From: a virus
Lineage: Duplodnaviria; Heunggongvirae; Uroviricota; Caudoviricetes
Virus record (IMG/VR): IMGVR_UViG_3300049044_000033
Location: 286,796-350,795 of that record
Strand: one strand, 5' to 3'
DNA length: 64,000 bases
Shown here: positions 1-8,677 of the stretch, one piece after another
Layout of the letters: the number at the start of each line of letters is the position of its first letter
Numbering within the stretch: position 1 is the stretch's first letter
Notes under the pieces: model-generated
The model's database searches: none
What the model was told of the DNA's origin: nothing
What the model saw: the letters and a program-made list of their open reading frames with translations, nothing else
Made by a program: the position numbers and the translations under genes

Positions 1-197
1 TTATGTTCTTTCTCGAACGCAGAGGCATCACCATGAAGAACGACACTCATAGCGTTACTTTCGGTCAGCCAGGAGTGAATCTCTCTTGCTTGTTCCTGAT
101 CAATGTCAGCCACATAGGAAAATACAAGAGGGTTGGCCTCGTCTTGCATCACCTCGGCTAAGGTCTTTAGAATATCATCAATTGAATAGCTAACCAT
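1..197 (-). CDS. hypothetical protein, runs off the left edge
   Basis: Manual translation from ATG 197: MVSYSIDDILKTLAEVMQDEANPLVFSYVADID..., open to position 1. Confidence 0.6.
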   Translation of the reverse strand, partial: MVSYSIDDILKTLAEVMQDEANPLVFSYVADIDQEQAREIHSWLTESNAMSVVLHGDASAFEKEH

Positions 198-219
198 GCA
201 ACCAGTTTACGGAAGCAAG

Positions 220-573
220 TTAGCGGGCGTCAATCTTATTCGCTAGATCTCGGTCAATGTCACGAAGCTTATTCATCATACGATTGTTGGCTTTAATGAG
301 ACGGTTCATCTTGTTTTCCATATCCTGAACCTTCTTGCGAACTTCCTTGAGTTGAGTCTCAAGTTGCTCCACATACTCGGCACGAGGAAAGGAATGATAT
401 TGTCCGTCAATCTCAATCGTCTTCGTATGGGCGTTCTGTGCCTTCAGGCCGCCAATTACTCGACTAGCAAGCTTGTCCTTAGAAACAGTCGTTGAACTAG
501 TAGGGGTCTTTACCTCTTTACCGTGATAAAGGTCCCCACCATACATTGAAGAATAGAAGTTGTCATCGCTCAT
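220..573 (-). CDS. hypothetical coiled-coil protein
   Basis: 117-aa ORF with heptad-like C-terminal half; TAAGTA late-type motif just upstream. Confidence 0.7.
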   Translation of the reverse strand: MSDDNFYSSMYGGDLYHGKEVKTPTSSTTVSKDKLASRVIGGLKAQNAHTKTIEIDGQYHSFPRAEYVEQLETQLKEVRKKVQDMENKMNRLIKANNRMMNKLRDIDRDLANKIDAR

Positions 574-577
574 AAGT

Positions 578-1336
578 CTACTTATCAGTCTTCTTTAAGC
601 CGAAAGTCGCTTTTAGCCGTTCCACTAATGATTCTGTCGTCTTAGCTTCCTTTGGTTCATCCGTAGCCCCGGTCCACGAAGAGGAAGAATAAACTGGGAC
701 AGGTGGAGGAGACCCAGCTGATGTAATTTTAGGCGAACCGGCTAGAGAAGCATTTGACGTCGACACAGGAGGATTATAGACAGTATGACGCCTTGATAAA
801 TTAGCTTGCGCACTGGTCCCAGTGTGAAGCGTAGTAGAGCCTACATTTTGCCACCAGATCTGCGCGTTCTTTGCTCGAGCAATATTGTCAATCTCTTCTG
901 AATCAGCTAACTTGACCGTGCTTGCTAGTTTACGAGCAGCACGATGGAGAGCAGTCTGCGCATCTTCGAAATCCTTGAGCACACCTTCATAGAGTGGGTT
1001 AGTCAGAGTATTGCGCGCAAAGTCAACGATGATCTCGAAATTTTCGATAGTATCATGACCGCGGGGGAATATAGTTCTTAGAGCTTCAAGACGCTCCTTG
1101 TGCTCCGCTTCCGCTAATTCCTTTTTACGACGGTATTCGTCCATTCCTTCCATGTGCTCAATCGAGTCAATGGGATAACCAACACCAGTGCCATCGGAAA
1201 TGTAGAGCTTGTTAGAAGAATCATCTAGATACACTGATCCAGCCACATTTAGGGGATTAAATCCAGGCATTCCCGGCGGTCCACCTGGACCGCGTGGACC
1301 AGTTGCTCCCAATGCTCCATAGACTGTTTTGCTCAT
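578..1336 (-). CDS. hypothetical protein with short collagen-like N-terminal repeat
   Basis: GALGATGPRGPGGPPGMPG Gly-X-Y run; S/T/P-rich C-terminus; packed in operon. Confidence 0.65.
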   Translation of the reverse strand: MSKTVYGALGATGPRGPGGPPGMPGFNPLNVAGSVYLDDSSNKLYISDGTGVGYPIDSIEHMEGMDEYRRKKELAEAEHKERLEALRTIFPRGHDTIENFEIIVDFARNTLTNPLYEGVLKDFEDAQTALHRAARKLASTVKLADSEEIDNIARAKNAQIWWQNVGSTTLHTGTSAQANLSRRHTVYNPPVSTSNASLAGSPKITSAGSPPPVPVYSSSSWTGATDEPKEAKTTESLVERLKATFGLKKTDK

Positions 1337-2070
1337 ACTCCTGCCTCTTCTAATATCATTTTGATCTCTTTGACCTCTTCTGCGTTGTCACGGATCTTAC
1401 TGTTCCAAACCATTGGGTTGATCCATTCCTTGACCATACCTAATTGTTCATCCGACATGCGATCAAACAACGGTTGACCTACACCGCAGTAAAGGAGCCA
1501 CGGACTAATACGTCCCTTTCGAATCCAAGTAGTAGCTTGCGCGGTTGGAACCTTACGGAAGAAGTCTACCCAGTTCTCGTCATACTCTCGGCCCCACTGT
1601 TCCATGAGCAAAATGTTTCGCTCAACAGCTTTCATAGGAGACTCTTTCTTCGTTAGCTCTCGAATCCAAGATTCGTACCAGATTTCATTCGTCCAGTCGT
1701 CTAACTTGATATTGCTCTTAATGAGCATCTCAACAAAGCCCGCCACTTCAATAGCACCAATGTGTTCAATGTACCGACCAAACTTTGTAAAGGCTGTAAA
1801 ATACTGACTTTCCATAAAGTCACTGTAAGTCTTTTCCTTCTTGGAACGCAGACTCAAAGTGTAGAACTTCTGAAAGGCCATAAAGCCAATCCTGATATAC
1901 TTCTCATCACGCCAAAGCCAACGGCGTTTCTTTTCACACATGTGATTGATGAGACTTTTCTCGCGAACGAAGTCCTTCTTACAGAATTCACAAGACCACG
2001 AGGGCTCAATTACCTTAGGCGCTTCTTTGGATTTACGAGGCTGTTTCACCTTTGCTGCTGAATTAGCCAT
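1333..2070 (-). CDS. conserved jumbo-phage protein with C2H2-like zinc finger
   Basis: WSCEFCKKDFVREKSLINHMC motif; likely start ATG 2070 next to upstream stop. Confidence 0.75.
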   Translation of the reverse strand: MANSAAKVKQPRKSKEAPKVIEPSWSCEFCKKDFVREKSLINHMCEKKRRWLWRDEKYIRIGFMAFQKFYTLSLRSKKEKTYSDFMESQYFTAFTKFGRYIEHIGAIEVAGFVEMLIKSNIKLDDWTNEIWYESWIRELTKKESPMKAVERNILLMEQWGREYDENWVDFFRKVPTAQATTWIRKGRISPWLLYCGVGQPLFDRMSDEQLGMVKEWINPMVWNSKIRDNAEEVKEIKMILEEAGV

Positions 2071-2593
2071 GTGTCTTCTTGAAATCATCAATTAGTGGCT
2101 TGATATCTACGTCGGAGAGAGCCATACCTCTGAGGTATTCTTTCATGGTTTCGACAGTATATTTGCTCTTCAGGATAGAGAGCTCGTCATCACTCAATTG
2201 CGGATGATACTTTAGAAGAACCTGATCCAGCTTACCGATGACTTTTCTCTTATGAGCCATCGCGACCCAACCGTGTCGTTGGGGCTGACCACAACCTGCT
2301 GCGCACATTAGCTTCCACTGGAGTTCAGGATGCTTTGAGAGTTCCCAGAAGCCCACATTAACTAGATCATTGGCCATCTGAATGTAATAGTCAGAATTTG
2401 GTCCCTCAACTACGCTAAACCACTTCATAGCCACGAGCGGGCTAAAGGTCTTGGCTAAGTCGGGGTCCATGCCTTCAAGCCAGTCGAAGCGTTTCTTGTC
2501 AGCCCAATACATCTCATCCTTAATGTCCAGGCTTGGCTTCTTTTCGGCCGGTGTTTTCTTAGCTGTTGTTTTCTTCGCTGCCATTATGTCCAC
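2063..2593 (-). CDS. conserved hypothetical phage protein
   Basis: 176-aa helical ORF in tightly packed operon. Confidence 0.7.
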   Translation of the reverse strand: MDIMAAKKTTAKKTPAEKKPSLDIKDEMYWADKKRFDWLEGMDPDLAKTFSPLVAMKWFSVVEGPNSDYYIQMANDLVNVGFWELSKHPELQWKLMCAAGCGQPQRHGWVAMAHKRKVIGKLDQVLLKYHPQLSDDELSILKSKYTVETMKEYLRGMALSDVDIKPLIDDFKKTHG

Positions 2594-2837
2594 ACCAAGT
2601 TAATTTAAAGAGCATTGCGTCCCTAGGGCATTCAAACATGCAGAGCAAAGTCGTCCGACTAATATGCTCTGCTTCGATGGCACTGAAGCTAGGTCCAATC
2701 TCCAACATCCTTGCATCATTGCCGACGGCCAGGAAATTATAATAGTGGCTCAGATTATCTCTGCACCATCGATCCACGGGGCCGCTTCGACCTTCGTGGT
2801 CCCACCAAACACAATAGGGTTGAGCAATCTTTTTCAT
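2559..2837 (-). CDS. small hypothetical protein of the F..xxDAMLFKLTW jumbo-phage family
   Basis: C-terminal FECPRDAMLFKLTW motif. Confidence 0.65.
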   Translation of the reverse strand: MKKIAQPYCVWWDHEGRSGPVDRWCRDNLSHYYNFLAVGNDARMLEIGPSFSAIEAEHISRTTLLCMFECPRDAMLFKLTWCGHNGSEENNS

Positions 2838-2874
2838 AGCTCAACCCTACTGCTTTCTGGTGCTTTACGTCAAT

Positions 2875-3162
2875 TTATCGGATGCGTTTGCTTCCAATAT
2901 AATTCAAAACCGTATTGCGCCAATGATGAGTCCAACGTCTAACATCTTGAGGCCGGAAGTCCCTTTCAACCAGCTGGATGTCAACCCTCCAAAAGTAGTC
3001 ACGAACTTGTCTGTGCCATTCGGCCAAGCATCCAGGTTCAAACTTCTGTTCGACGAATACGACTGCGATTTCCTTCATCATCATCTCGCTGATTTCATCA
3101 ACGAGTTCGGCCCTAGAGGGTGGATTGAGATCCACCCCCGGAAGAATAATCAGCTTGCCCAT
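2875..3162 (-). CDS. hypothetical protein
   Basis: 95-aa ORF whose start overlaps the upstream stop (TAATG). Confidence 0.6.
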   Translation of the reverse strand: MGKLIILPGVDLNPPSRAELVDEISEMMMKEIAVVFVEQKFEPGCLAEWHRQVRDYFWRVDIQLVERDFRPQDVRRWTHHWRNTVLNYIGSKRIR

Positions 3163-3662
3163 TAGACTAAGTTGGTAATATCCAAAGCTTCTGGAATCTT
3201 GTTTGTGTCTTTAACGAAGAAACAACACTGAGGAACAGGTGAATCATCGAGTGGCACAGATAGCAGATGTCCATACTTCAACTTAGGGAAATACCACTTA
3301 ACGTCAGGGAATACGTTCATGATCTCAATATCATGGAAGTGTGGCATATAACCGCTAATCGGATTGATTGAGAAAGCTTCGAAGGGTCGGTCATTAATCT
3401 GCTTCAAAGAGATAATTTCCAAATCACCTGTATTCTTGTCACCAATCACAATGCTCCAGTCCATTGGCATTTGGAGCCTATACTTACCTAGTCTTAAATC
3501 AACCGCAGGACTATTAAAGGACTCTAGGAATAACAATGGAATAAAGATATAATCTATGTTCTGTTGATCAGAATAATCTAAAACACAGTAGCGGATATCG
3601 TCTACCTCATCTGGGATATTATTCATCTCAAATGTAGTATTGTCGGTGGTTAAGATTCTCAT
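3162..3662 (-). CDS. conserved beta-rich hypothetical protein coupled to uvsW
   Basis: ATGA overlap with uvsW stop; MRILTTDN...FLESFNSP...WYFPKLK. Confidence 0.75.
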   Translation of the reverse strand: MRILTTDNTTFEMNNIPDEVDDIRYCVLDYSDQQNIDYIFIPLLFLESFNSPAVDLRLGKYRLQMPMDWSIVIGDKNTGDLEIISLKQINDRPFEAFSINPISGYMPHFHDIEIMNVFPDVKWYFPKLKYGHLLSVPLDDSPVPQCCFFVKDTNKIPEALDITNLV

Positions 3663-5152
3663 GATAATTCCTTGAGGTAATCCACTTTCGTCACAGAGTG
3701 AGGATAGTTGGCTTCCTTATAAATTTTCTTACGGGCTGTGACGTGCTTTGCTGAGAACTTACAGGTTGACGCAATATCGTAAATTTGGACATAATCTTTG
3801 TCCTTTGCCTTACGAATACCACGACCAATACTCTGAATTACTCGCACAAAGCTCTTGCCGGGTTCAACTAAGATTAGGTTGAAAATACGTGGGATATTGA
3901 TACCCACGGCCGCGACGCCATAGCTAGCGATAACGATTTGGTTAGTGCCCTGACCAATTTCCTCATAGGCTTCCTTTCGGTCAGAAGCCTTAGATGCACC
4001 AAAGACGAAAGTAGCTGCTGGCATACGCTCAGCAAGCTGCTTACCAGTTTCAATACGGTTGATTAGAACTAGTGTGTTACCAGTTAGAGCCGTTTTTTCC
4101 GTGAATTCACTGATCCAGTCTAGATGGTTAGGATCGGTTACTAGGAAGTTGTTTTCTTCATGGAAGGAATCAAATTCCACAGTATCCATGAGCTGTAGGA
4201 TATCCACGTGACACTTAGCCAAGACATCCATGTCCATTAGTTCCTTAGCAGAGAGACGGTTCACAACGTCACCCAGTGATGCTAAGATGGAAGTGAACTC
4301 GTGTTCTTCCTTGGGAACTGTTCCAGTTAGGCCCCAGCGGATTGGAACATTGGCGAATGGACCACAAAGCAAAGCCTTGAGCTTATCCGCTTTTGCCATA
4401 TGAGTCTCGTCGACCATGATGGCAACCACATCCTTGGTAAAGGTGTCAATGTCTTGCTGGGTTGGCTTGAGGTTCTTCTTCTTGGTATTTTTGTCCAAGA
4501 TATCAAGACTCTGCCAGGTGCAAATCGTATGTGTCTTACCATAGTCTTTACGGTCGCCATAATAGACGCCCACATCTAGACCTAGGTTCTTATAGTCAGC
4601 TTCTGTTTGATCCACGAGGCTCTTGTTGGGAACGATAACAATCGTTCTACCATGTGCCTCACATAGATGACTCAGGCTTGCTGTTAGGAGGGTCTTACCC
4701 GCGCCAGTAGCAATTTCCTGAATACATTGTGGATTCTCTAGGAATGATCGGATGATCTCAACCTGGTAGTCCCTCAGCTTAATTGGCTGACCTTCTACCG
4801 GATGACCCTTTGGCCATACTGGGTTAGGAGCATTGTTGTAGATATACTCTTCATCTACAAACGGAAATTCAAAAGACCTTGCGACACGATGGTCTTCAAG
4901 TTCAATTTCATAACCCGCTTCGATCACGATATCTAGGATCTTATCCAAAAGATTAACGTGAGTGTTTCCATTGATAGCAAAAAAGCTGACACACCCGTCC
5001 CACCTGCCAAGCTTGAATGCTGGCATGTGACGAGCAGCGTGGATGAAGAACTTCAGCTTCGCGTTACAGGCGCGACGAGTAGCTGGATCCAAGCCTTCGA
5101 AAGTGGCATTAACTTCATCACGGATGATGAGTTTACATTTCTTAATTGTCAT
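3659..5152 (-). CDS. uvsW: UvsW-like SF2 DNA/RNA-DNA helicase
   Basis: Q motif LRDYQ, Walker A ATGAGKT, DETH, GLTGT, VGINIP, QSIGRGIR. Confidence 0.93.
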   Translation of the reverse strand: MTIKKCKLIIRDEVNATFEGLDPATRRACNAKLKFFIHAARHMPAFKLGRWDGCVSFFAINGNTHVNLLDKILDIVIEAGYEIELEDHRVARSFEFPFVDEEYIYNNAPNPVWPKGHPVEGQPIKLRDYQVEIIRSFLENPQCIQEIATGAGKTLLTASLSHLCEAHGRTIVIVPNKSLVDQTEADYKNLGLDVGVYYGDRKDYGKTHTICTWQSLDILDKNTKKKNLKPTQQDIDTFTKDVVAIMVDETHMAKADKLKALLCGPFANVPIRWGLTGTVPKEEHEFTSILASLGDVVNRLSAKELMDMDVLAKCHVDILQLMDTVEFDSFHEENNFLVTDPNHLDWISEFTEKTALTGNTLVLINRIETGKQLAERMPAATFVFGASKASDRKEAYEEIGQGTNQIVIASYGVAAVGINIPRIFNLILVEPGKSFVRVIQSIGRGIRKAKDKDYVQIYDIASTCKFSAKHVTARKKIYKEANYPHSVTKVDYLKELS

Positions 5153-5270
5153 GCGACCCCTTTTTGTTCTTTTCTTGCGGGTCGTAGGAAAGCCCTACTG
5201 TATGCTCCAGTATATGGAGTCCAGTAGGGCTCTGTCTATAATCTGGAGGCGTTACCGCCTCATATTTACC
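5153..5270 (-). promoter_or_regulatory. late promoter plus structured 5' leader of uvsW
   Basis: TAAATA at 5263-5268; hairpins GAGGCG-GTAA-CGCCTC, AGCCCTACTG/CAGTAGGGCT and CGACCC/GGGTCG, the last covering the SD. Confidence 0.65.
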
Positions 5271-5276
5271 TAAAAA

Positions 5277-6806
5277 TTACGATTTTTCATTGAGTTGTAG
5301 GAATATTTCTTCCTCAATCGACGAGTCAATGATCGTAAGAATGATCTTCGTTCCGCTAGACTCAGCAGCGTCACAGATGATCCTGTAGTCTTCTGAATCC
5401 AACGGGAGTTCAGGCAAGTAGAGGTAGTTCGTGTATTTGAGTAGATCAGGTTGGCTAATCATATCCTCAAGGCTAACAATCAAATTCTGAATAGGCTTAT
5501 AGGTAGTCTTAGCCCATGGCAAAACATCAGCTGTTGTATTCTTAAAACACATCAAGTCGTAATCTGCATCATTCGGATCAAATACTGTAATAGCCGGTCC
5601 AAACTGAAGCCTTAGAGATCGGATGAGGTCTAGGTTCTCTACTAGGAAGAGATTCCTAGATAACCTGTTACTCATAGTCCCTTGAACACTCTTGAGGTGC
5701 TGACTCTTTAGGGTAGCCCACTGTGCTGTTTTGAGTGCCCCTATAAGCCCCTGCGAAGCCCTGTCACCACTCAAAGCCCTACGGGTTAACTCGGGTAGCT
5801 TCAAACCCTCTGACTGCTCTAGGTCCCTCTCACGGGCTTTAATTCGCAACAAACCTGAAGTGGTATTCTTCGACTCCAATAATGTTGTCAAACTAGTGTC
5901 ATGGAAGACTAAAGGCTTATTAGCCGCATTACCATCAAGGAGATCAGTAGATACGCCAATGAGATTGAATAGCTTGAGTATATCAACACCCGAATAGTGG
6001 TGCTTTGCTAGATAGTCTTCAGCTTCCTTAACACCTAGAAAGTTATAGACTGCATTCACTGGTGTATTGGGCCAAAGCAAACTATTGATTAGTTCAGATA
6101 GAAACTGAACTGCGGTGCTAGTTGGAGAGGTCAAGCTAGCCATAATATCACGACCAGGCTGGGTAGGCAGGTGATTGATATTCTGAATGAATAGTGGGCA
6201 TGGAACTTCGTTGAAGATTGCTCCTACCTGATGAGTCCACTTATAGGGTAGAGCACCAGGTGCTTCCATCTCCTCTACAATGGTCCTATCTACAGTCATG
6301 TGGGAGAAGAAGTCATTCCACAATAGGCCACTATAGTTGGTGATAAAGATATCAGCCGTAAAGTCTACCTGCTCACTAAACTTCACTCCGTCGGGGTAGA
6401 CAGTCGAAGCATTGTGGTACCTAGGATTGCCAAAGACTGAAATCTTAGCATCAGGTCGGATCTCTCGAAGTAAATGAGCCCATTCACCATAGGACTTAGT
6501 TTGAGCCATGATGAGGATCTTGGATGCAGGTTTGATCCAAAGGTCAGCTAAAGCAACCTTCCTGCCTGCATCCGTGCTACTACAGAGAAGCATTGCTCGA
6601 CCATTCCAATCCCTAATGTGCTGTAAGGCAGGGATTGCTTCCTCGGGTAAATCTAGAGGGAAAGACTCTAGATCAGATACTGAGATCAAATCCTGCATCG
6701 CGAGGTCAACTAGATCTTCGCCAAACTGTAGACCCTTGATCTCAGAAAAGCGAACCAGCCGTCGAGCCAAACTAGGAGTGGCTTCTAAAGTCTTAACGTC
6801 GAACAT
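5277..6806 (-). CDS. degenerate SNF2/HARP-like helicase-fold protein, ATPase motifs lost
   Basis: GRAMLLCSSTDAGRK, LIMAQTKSYGEW, DIFITNYSGLL and RTIVEEM follow SNF2 motif order but lack GKT and DExH; start ATG 6806 overlaps the upstream TAA. Confidence 0.5.
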   Translation of the reverse strand: MFDVKTLEATPSLARRLVRFSEIKGLQFGEDLVDLAMQDLISVSDLESFPLDLPEEAIPALQHIRDWNGRAMLLCSSTDAGRKVALADLWIKPASKILIMAQTKSYGEWAHLLREIRPDAKISVFGNPRYHNASTVYPDGVKFSEQVDFTADIFITNYSGLLWNDFFSHMTVDRTIVEEMEAPGALPYKWTHQVGAIFNEVPCPLFIQNINHLPTQPGRDIMASLTSPTSTAVQFLSELINSLLWPNTPVNAVYNFLGVKEAEDYLAKHHYSGVDILKLFNLIGVSTDLLDGNAANKPLVFHDTSLTTLLESKNTTSGLLRIKARERDLEQSEGLKLPELTRRALSGDRASQGLIGALKTAQWATLKSQHLKSVQGTMSNRLSRNLFLVENLDLIRSLRLQFGPAITVFDPNDADYDLMCFKNTTADVLPWAKTTYKPIQNLIVSLEDMISQPDLLKYTNYLYLPELPLDSEDYRIICDAAESSGTKIILTIIDSSIEEEIFLQLNEKS

Positions 6807-7468
6807 TAGCCCTCCATGGCCTTGATGCAATTGAGCCAACTATCCAAGAGACTATCGTCCTTAACTGTGACTAGAATCCTACCATCCTCTACCTTAGCCT
6901 CACTTAGCTGATTCTCAGCGTTCGAGACCTCCATGAAGAACTGGGCAACTTCGTCATCAAAGTCAAACTTATATCGCTTGATCACATCCATAACAGACTT
7001 CCAGTTGCCTGAATTCACATCAACAATCCAAAGCTTGTTGTCATGATCAAACACCGGATTGCGTTCTTCGAACGGATTGTTGCCCTTACACTTCTTCAGG
7101 TCGTTAACGATGTTTTGGTTGTATTTGCATCTAAAGACCAGCTTGTTATCCCCAGCCCATCGAACTTCGCGAGGTAAGGGTGCAGACTGATAGGGGGGCT
7201 TGCGGTACTTAGGTGTCTGGATCACAGAATCTAGATCACCTATTTGAAGGCCGACGGCGTGCAGATGTGGCTTGTAACGGGAAACAAGTCTGAGAACTAT
7301 TTCACCCTGTGAGGTGCTGATCGCGTTTCCCTCGTAGGTGCGCCGCACAACATCGAAGATGAATTGACGGTCCCAGTTATCCTTAATCTCATATGTGACC
7401 TGACCAAGAACTTTTGGCTTGTCACATATCCGCTTCAGCTTTTCTAGACACTCTTCGACCGTTAACAT
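6806..7468 (-). CDS. conserved jumbo-phage hypothetical protein
   Basis: 220-aa ORF translationally coupled to the SNF2-like ORF. Confidence 0.7.
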   Translation of the reverse strand: MLTVEECLEKLKRICDKPKVLGQVTYEIKDNWDRQFIFDVVRRTYEGNAISTSQGEIVLRLVSRYKPHLHAVGLQIGDLDSVIQTPKYRKPPYQSAPLPREVRWAGDNKLVFRCKYNQNIVNDLKKCKGNNPFEERNPVFDHDNKLWIVDVNSGNWKSVMDVIKRYKFDFDDEVAQFFMEVSNAENQLSEAKVEDGRILVTVKDDSLLDSWLNCIKAMEG

Positions 7469-7820
7469 GCTCGACCTTTACTATATCCGCAAACGTCATA
7501 CGGATTAGCATAGCGTCATCGGCAGATGCAAAATTCATATAGAGTCGGTAGCAGAAATCCATCAGCATAGATTTGGAAAAGACTTCATCCTCTCCGAGGT
7601 GCCAAACCCAGTGACCCTTGGCGATATTACCAACCTTGTTTAGGTTTTCCTGCAGTCTAGCGCCGAATGTCCCAACATCAAAGAGCAAGCTAGATCCGAG
7701 ATCGATCTTGTAGGTATAGGGCTCAATAAAATGAGCCAAATAATCTACCCTTTGAACCAGAAAGGGCATACCTATAATGATTTGAGGGGTTAGAACTGCT
7801 GGGCCGGAATATTTGTCCAT
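7422..7820 (-). CDS. hypothetical protein, DAML-motif family
   Basis: LYMNFASADDAMLIRMTF resembles the motif in 2559-2837. Confidence 0.6.
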   Translation of the reverse strand: MDKYSGPAVLTPQIIIGMPFLVQRVDYLAHFIEPYTYKIDLGSSLLFDVGTFGARLQENLNKVGNIAKGHWVWHLGEDEVFSKSMLMDFCYRLYMNFASADDAMLIRMTFADIVKVEHVNGRRVSRKAEADM

Positions 7821-7860
7821 TCCTAAACGGTATAAGGAATGGGAAATTTGTCAAGAGGAA

Positions 7861-7893
7861 ACCGAGAGAGTCACAGAACTCTCTCGGTCTCGA
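7861..7893 (-). terminator. hairpin after uvsY
   Basis: CGAGAGAG/CTCTCTCG inverted repeat. Confidence 0.55.
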
Positions 7894-7895
7894 AG

Positions 7896-8378
7896 TTAAC
7901 GGTTGTTATTACCGACTTCGTAATCCTCAAAGCCAGCTGCCTTAAGGCGGGTCAGGTTACTGATCTGCCAGTTCTTAGCATCTAGGCCTTTCATGATGGC
8001 TAGATACTGGTTGCGCACTAGAGCAATCTGGTTGACTAAGAGAGCAATCTCAATCACCTTATCATCAGCATCAGCATACTTCTCAGCATCACGAGAAGAA
8101 AGGCTACGCTGATAATGCTCTAAATACTTCTTGAACGCAGCGCCCTTGACCTGATTCATACGAATCTCAAGATAACGCAGGATGGCTTCAACTTCTTGAA
8201 GCTGACTGAAGCGTTCAGTTGTGATACCAGGGAGGCGGCTGCTGGCCTTCTCGATGCTACCCTTAAGCTGGGTATCATACTTTGCTGCTTCTAACTCCAT
8301 TTCATAATACTCAATAGCATCTATGAGTGGTGAAAAATCGTTAGGATCAGCAGTTACCTTGCTATACCACTTGCTCAT
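7896..8378 (-). CDS. uvsY: UvsY recombination mediator
   Basis: IEKASSRLPG...FSQLQEVEAIL...YLEHYQRSLSSRDAEKY...KGLDAKNWQISNLTRL; beside uvsX. Confidence 0.85.
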   Translation of the reverse strand: MSKWYSKVTADPNDFSPLIDAIEYYEMELEAAKYDTQLKGSIEKASSRLPGITTERFSQLQEVEAILRYLEIRMNQVKGAAFKKYLEHYQRSLSSRDAEKYADADDKVIEIALLVNQIALVRNQYLAIMKGLDAKNWQISNLTRLKAAGFEDYEVGNNNR

Positions 8379-8391
8379 TTGTTTTCCTTAT

Positions 8392-8429
8392 AATGGCTTC
8401 ACCTAATTTAACAACTAGGTGAAGCCATT
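8392..8429. repeat. 14-bp stem hairpin between the 79-aa ORF and uvsY
   Basis: AATGGCTTCACCTA/TAGGTGAAGCCATT. Confidence 0.7.
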
Positions 8430-8435
8430 TCAATA

Positions 8436-8675
8436 TCAATCCTCGTCGTCGCCGTAGTCGTAACCGTCTTCGTCTTCCGACTCGTCATCGAGCATCATCG
8501 TCAAGGCTTCATCGATATAATCACATTCGCCTTGGATATCCAGCTTCTCAATATCGAAGCCATACTCTTCAAACATTCTCAGGAGATGGAGGGCTGCGTC
8601 CTGACGCTTTGCCGCTCCAATCATATCCCTGAAGTAATCCCACAGCTCAACGACGAGCTTGCTTTCACTATTCAT
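8436..8675 (-). CDS. small acidic conserved protein
   Basis: 79 aa with acidic tail, 3 nt after the uvsX stop. Confidence 0.7.
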   Translation of the reverse strand: MNSESKLVVELWDYFRDMIGAAKRQDAALHLLRMFEEYGFDIEKLDIQGECDYIDEALTMMLDDESEDEDGYDYGDDED

Positions 8676-8677
8676 TC

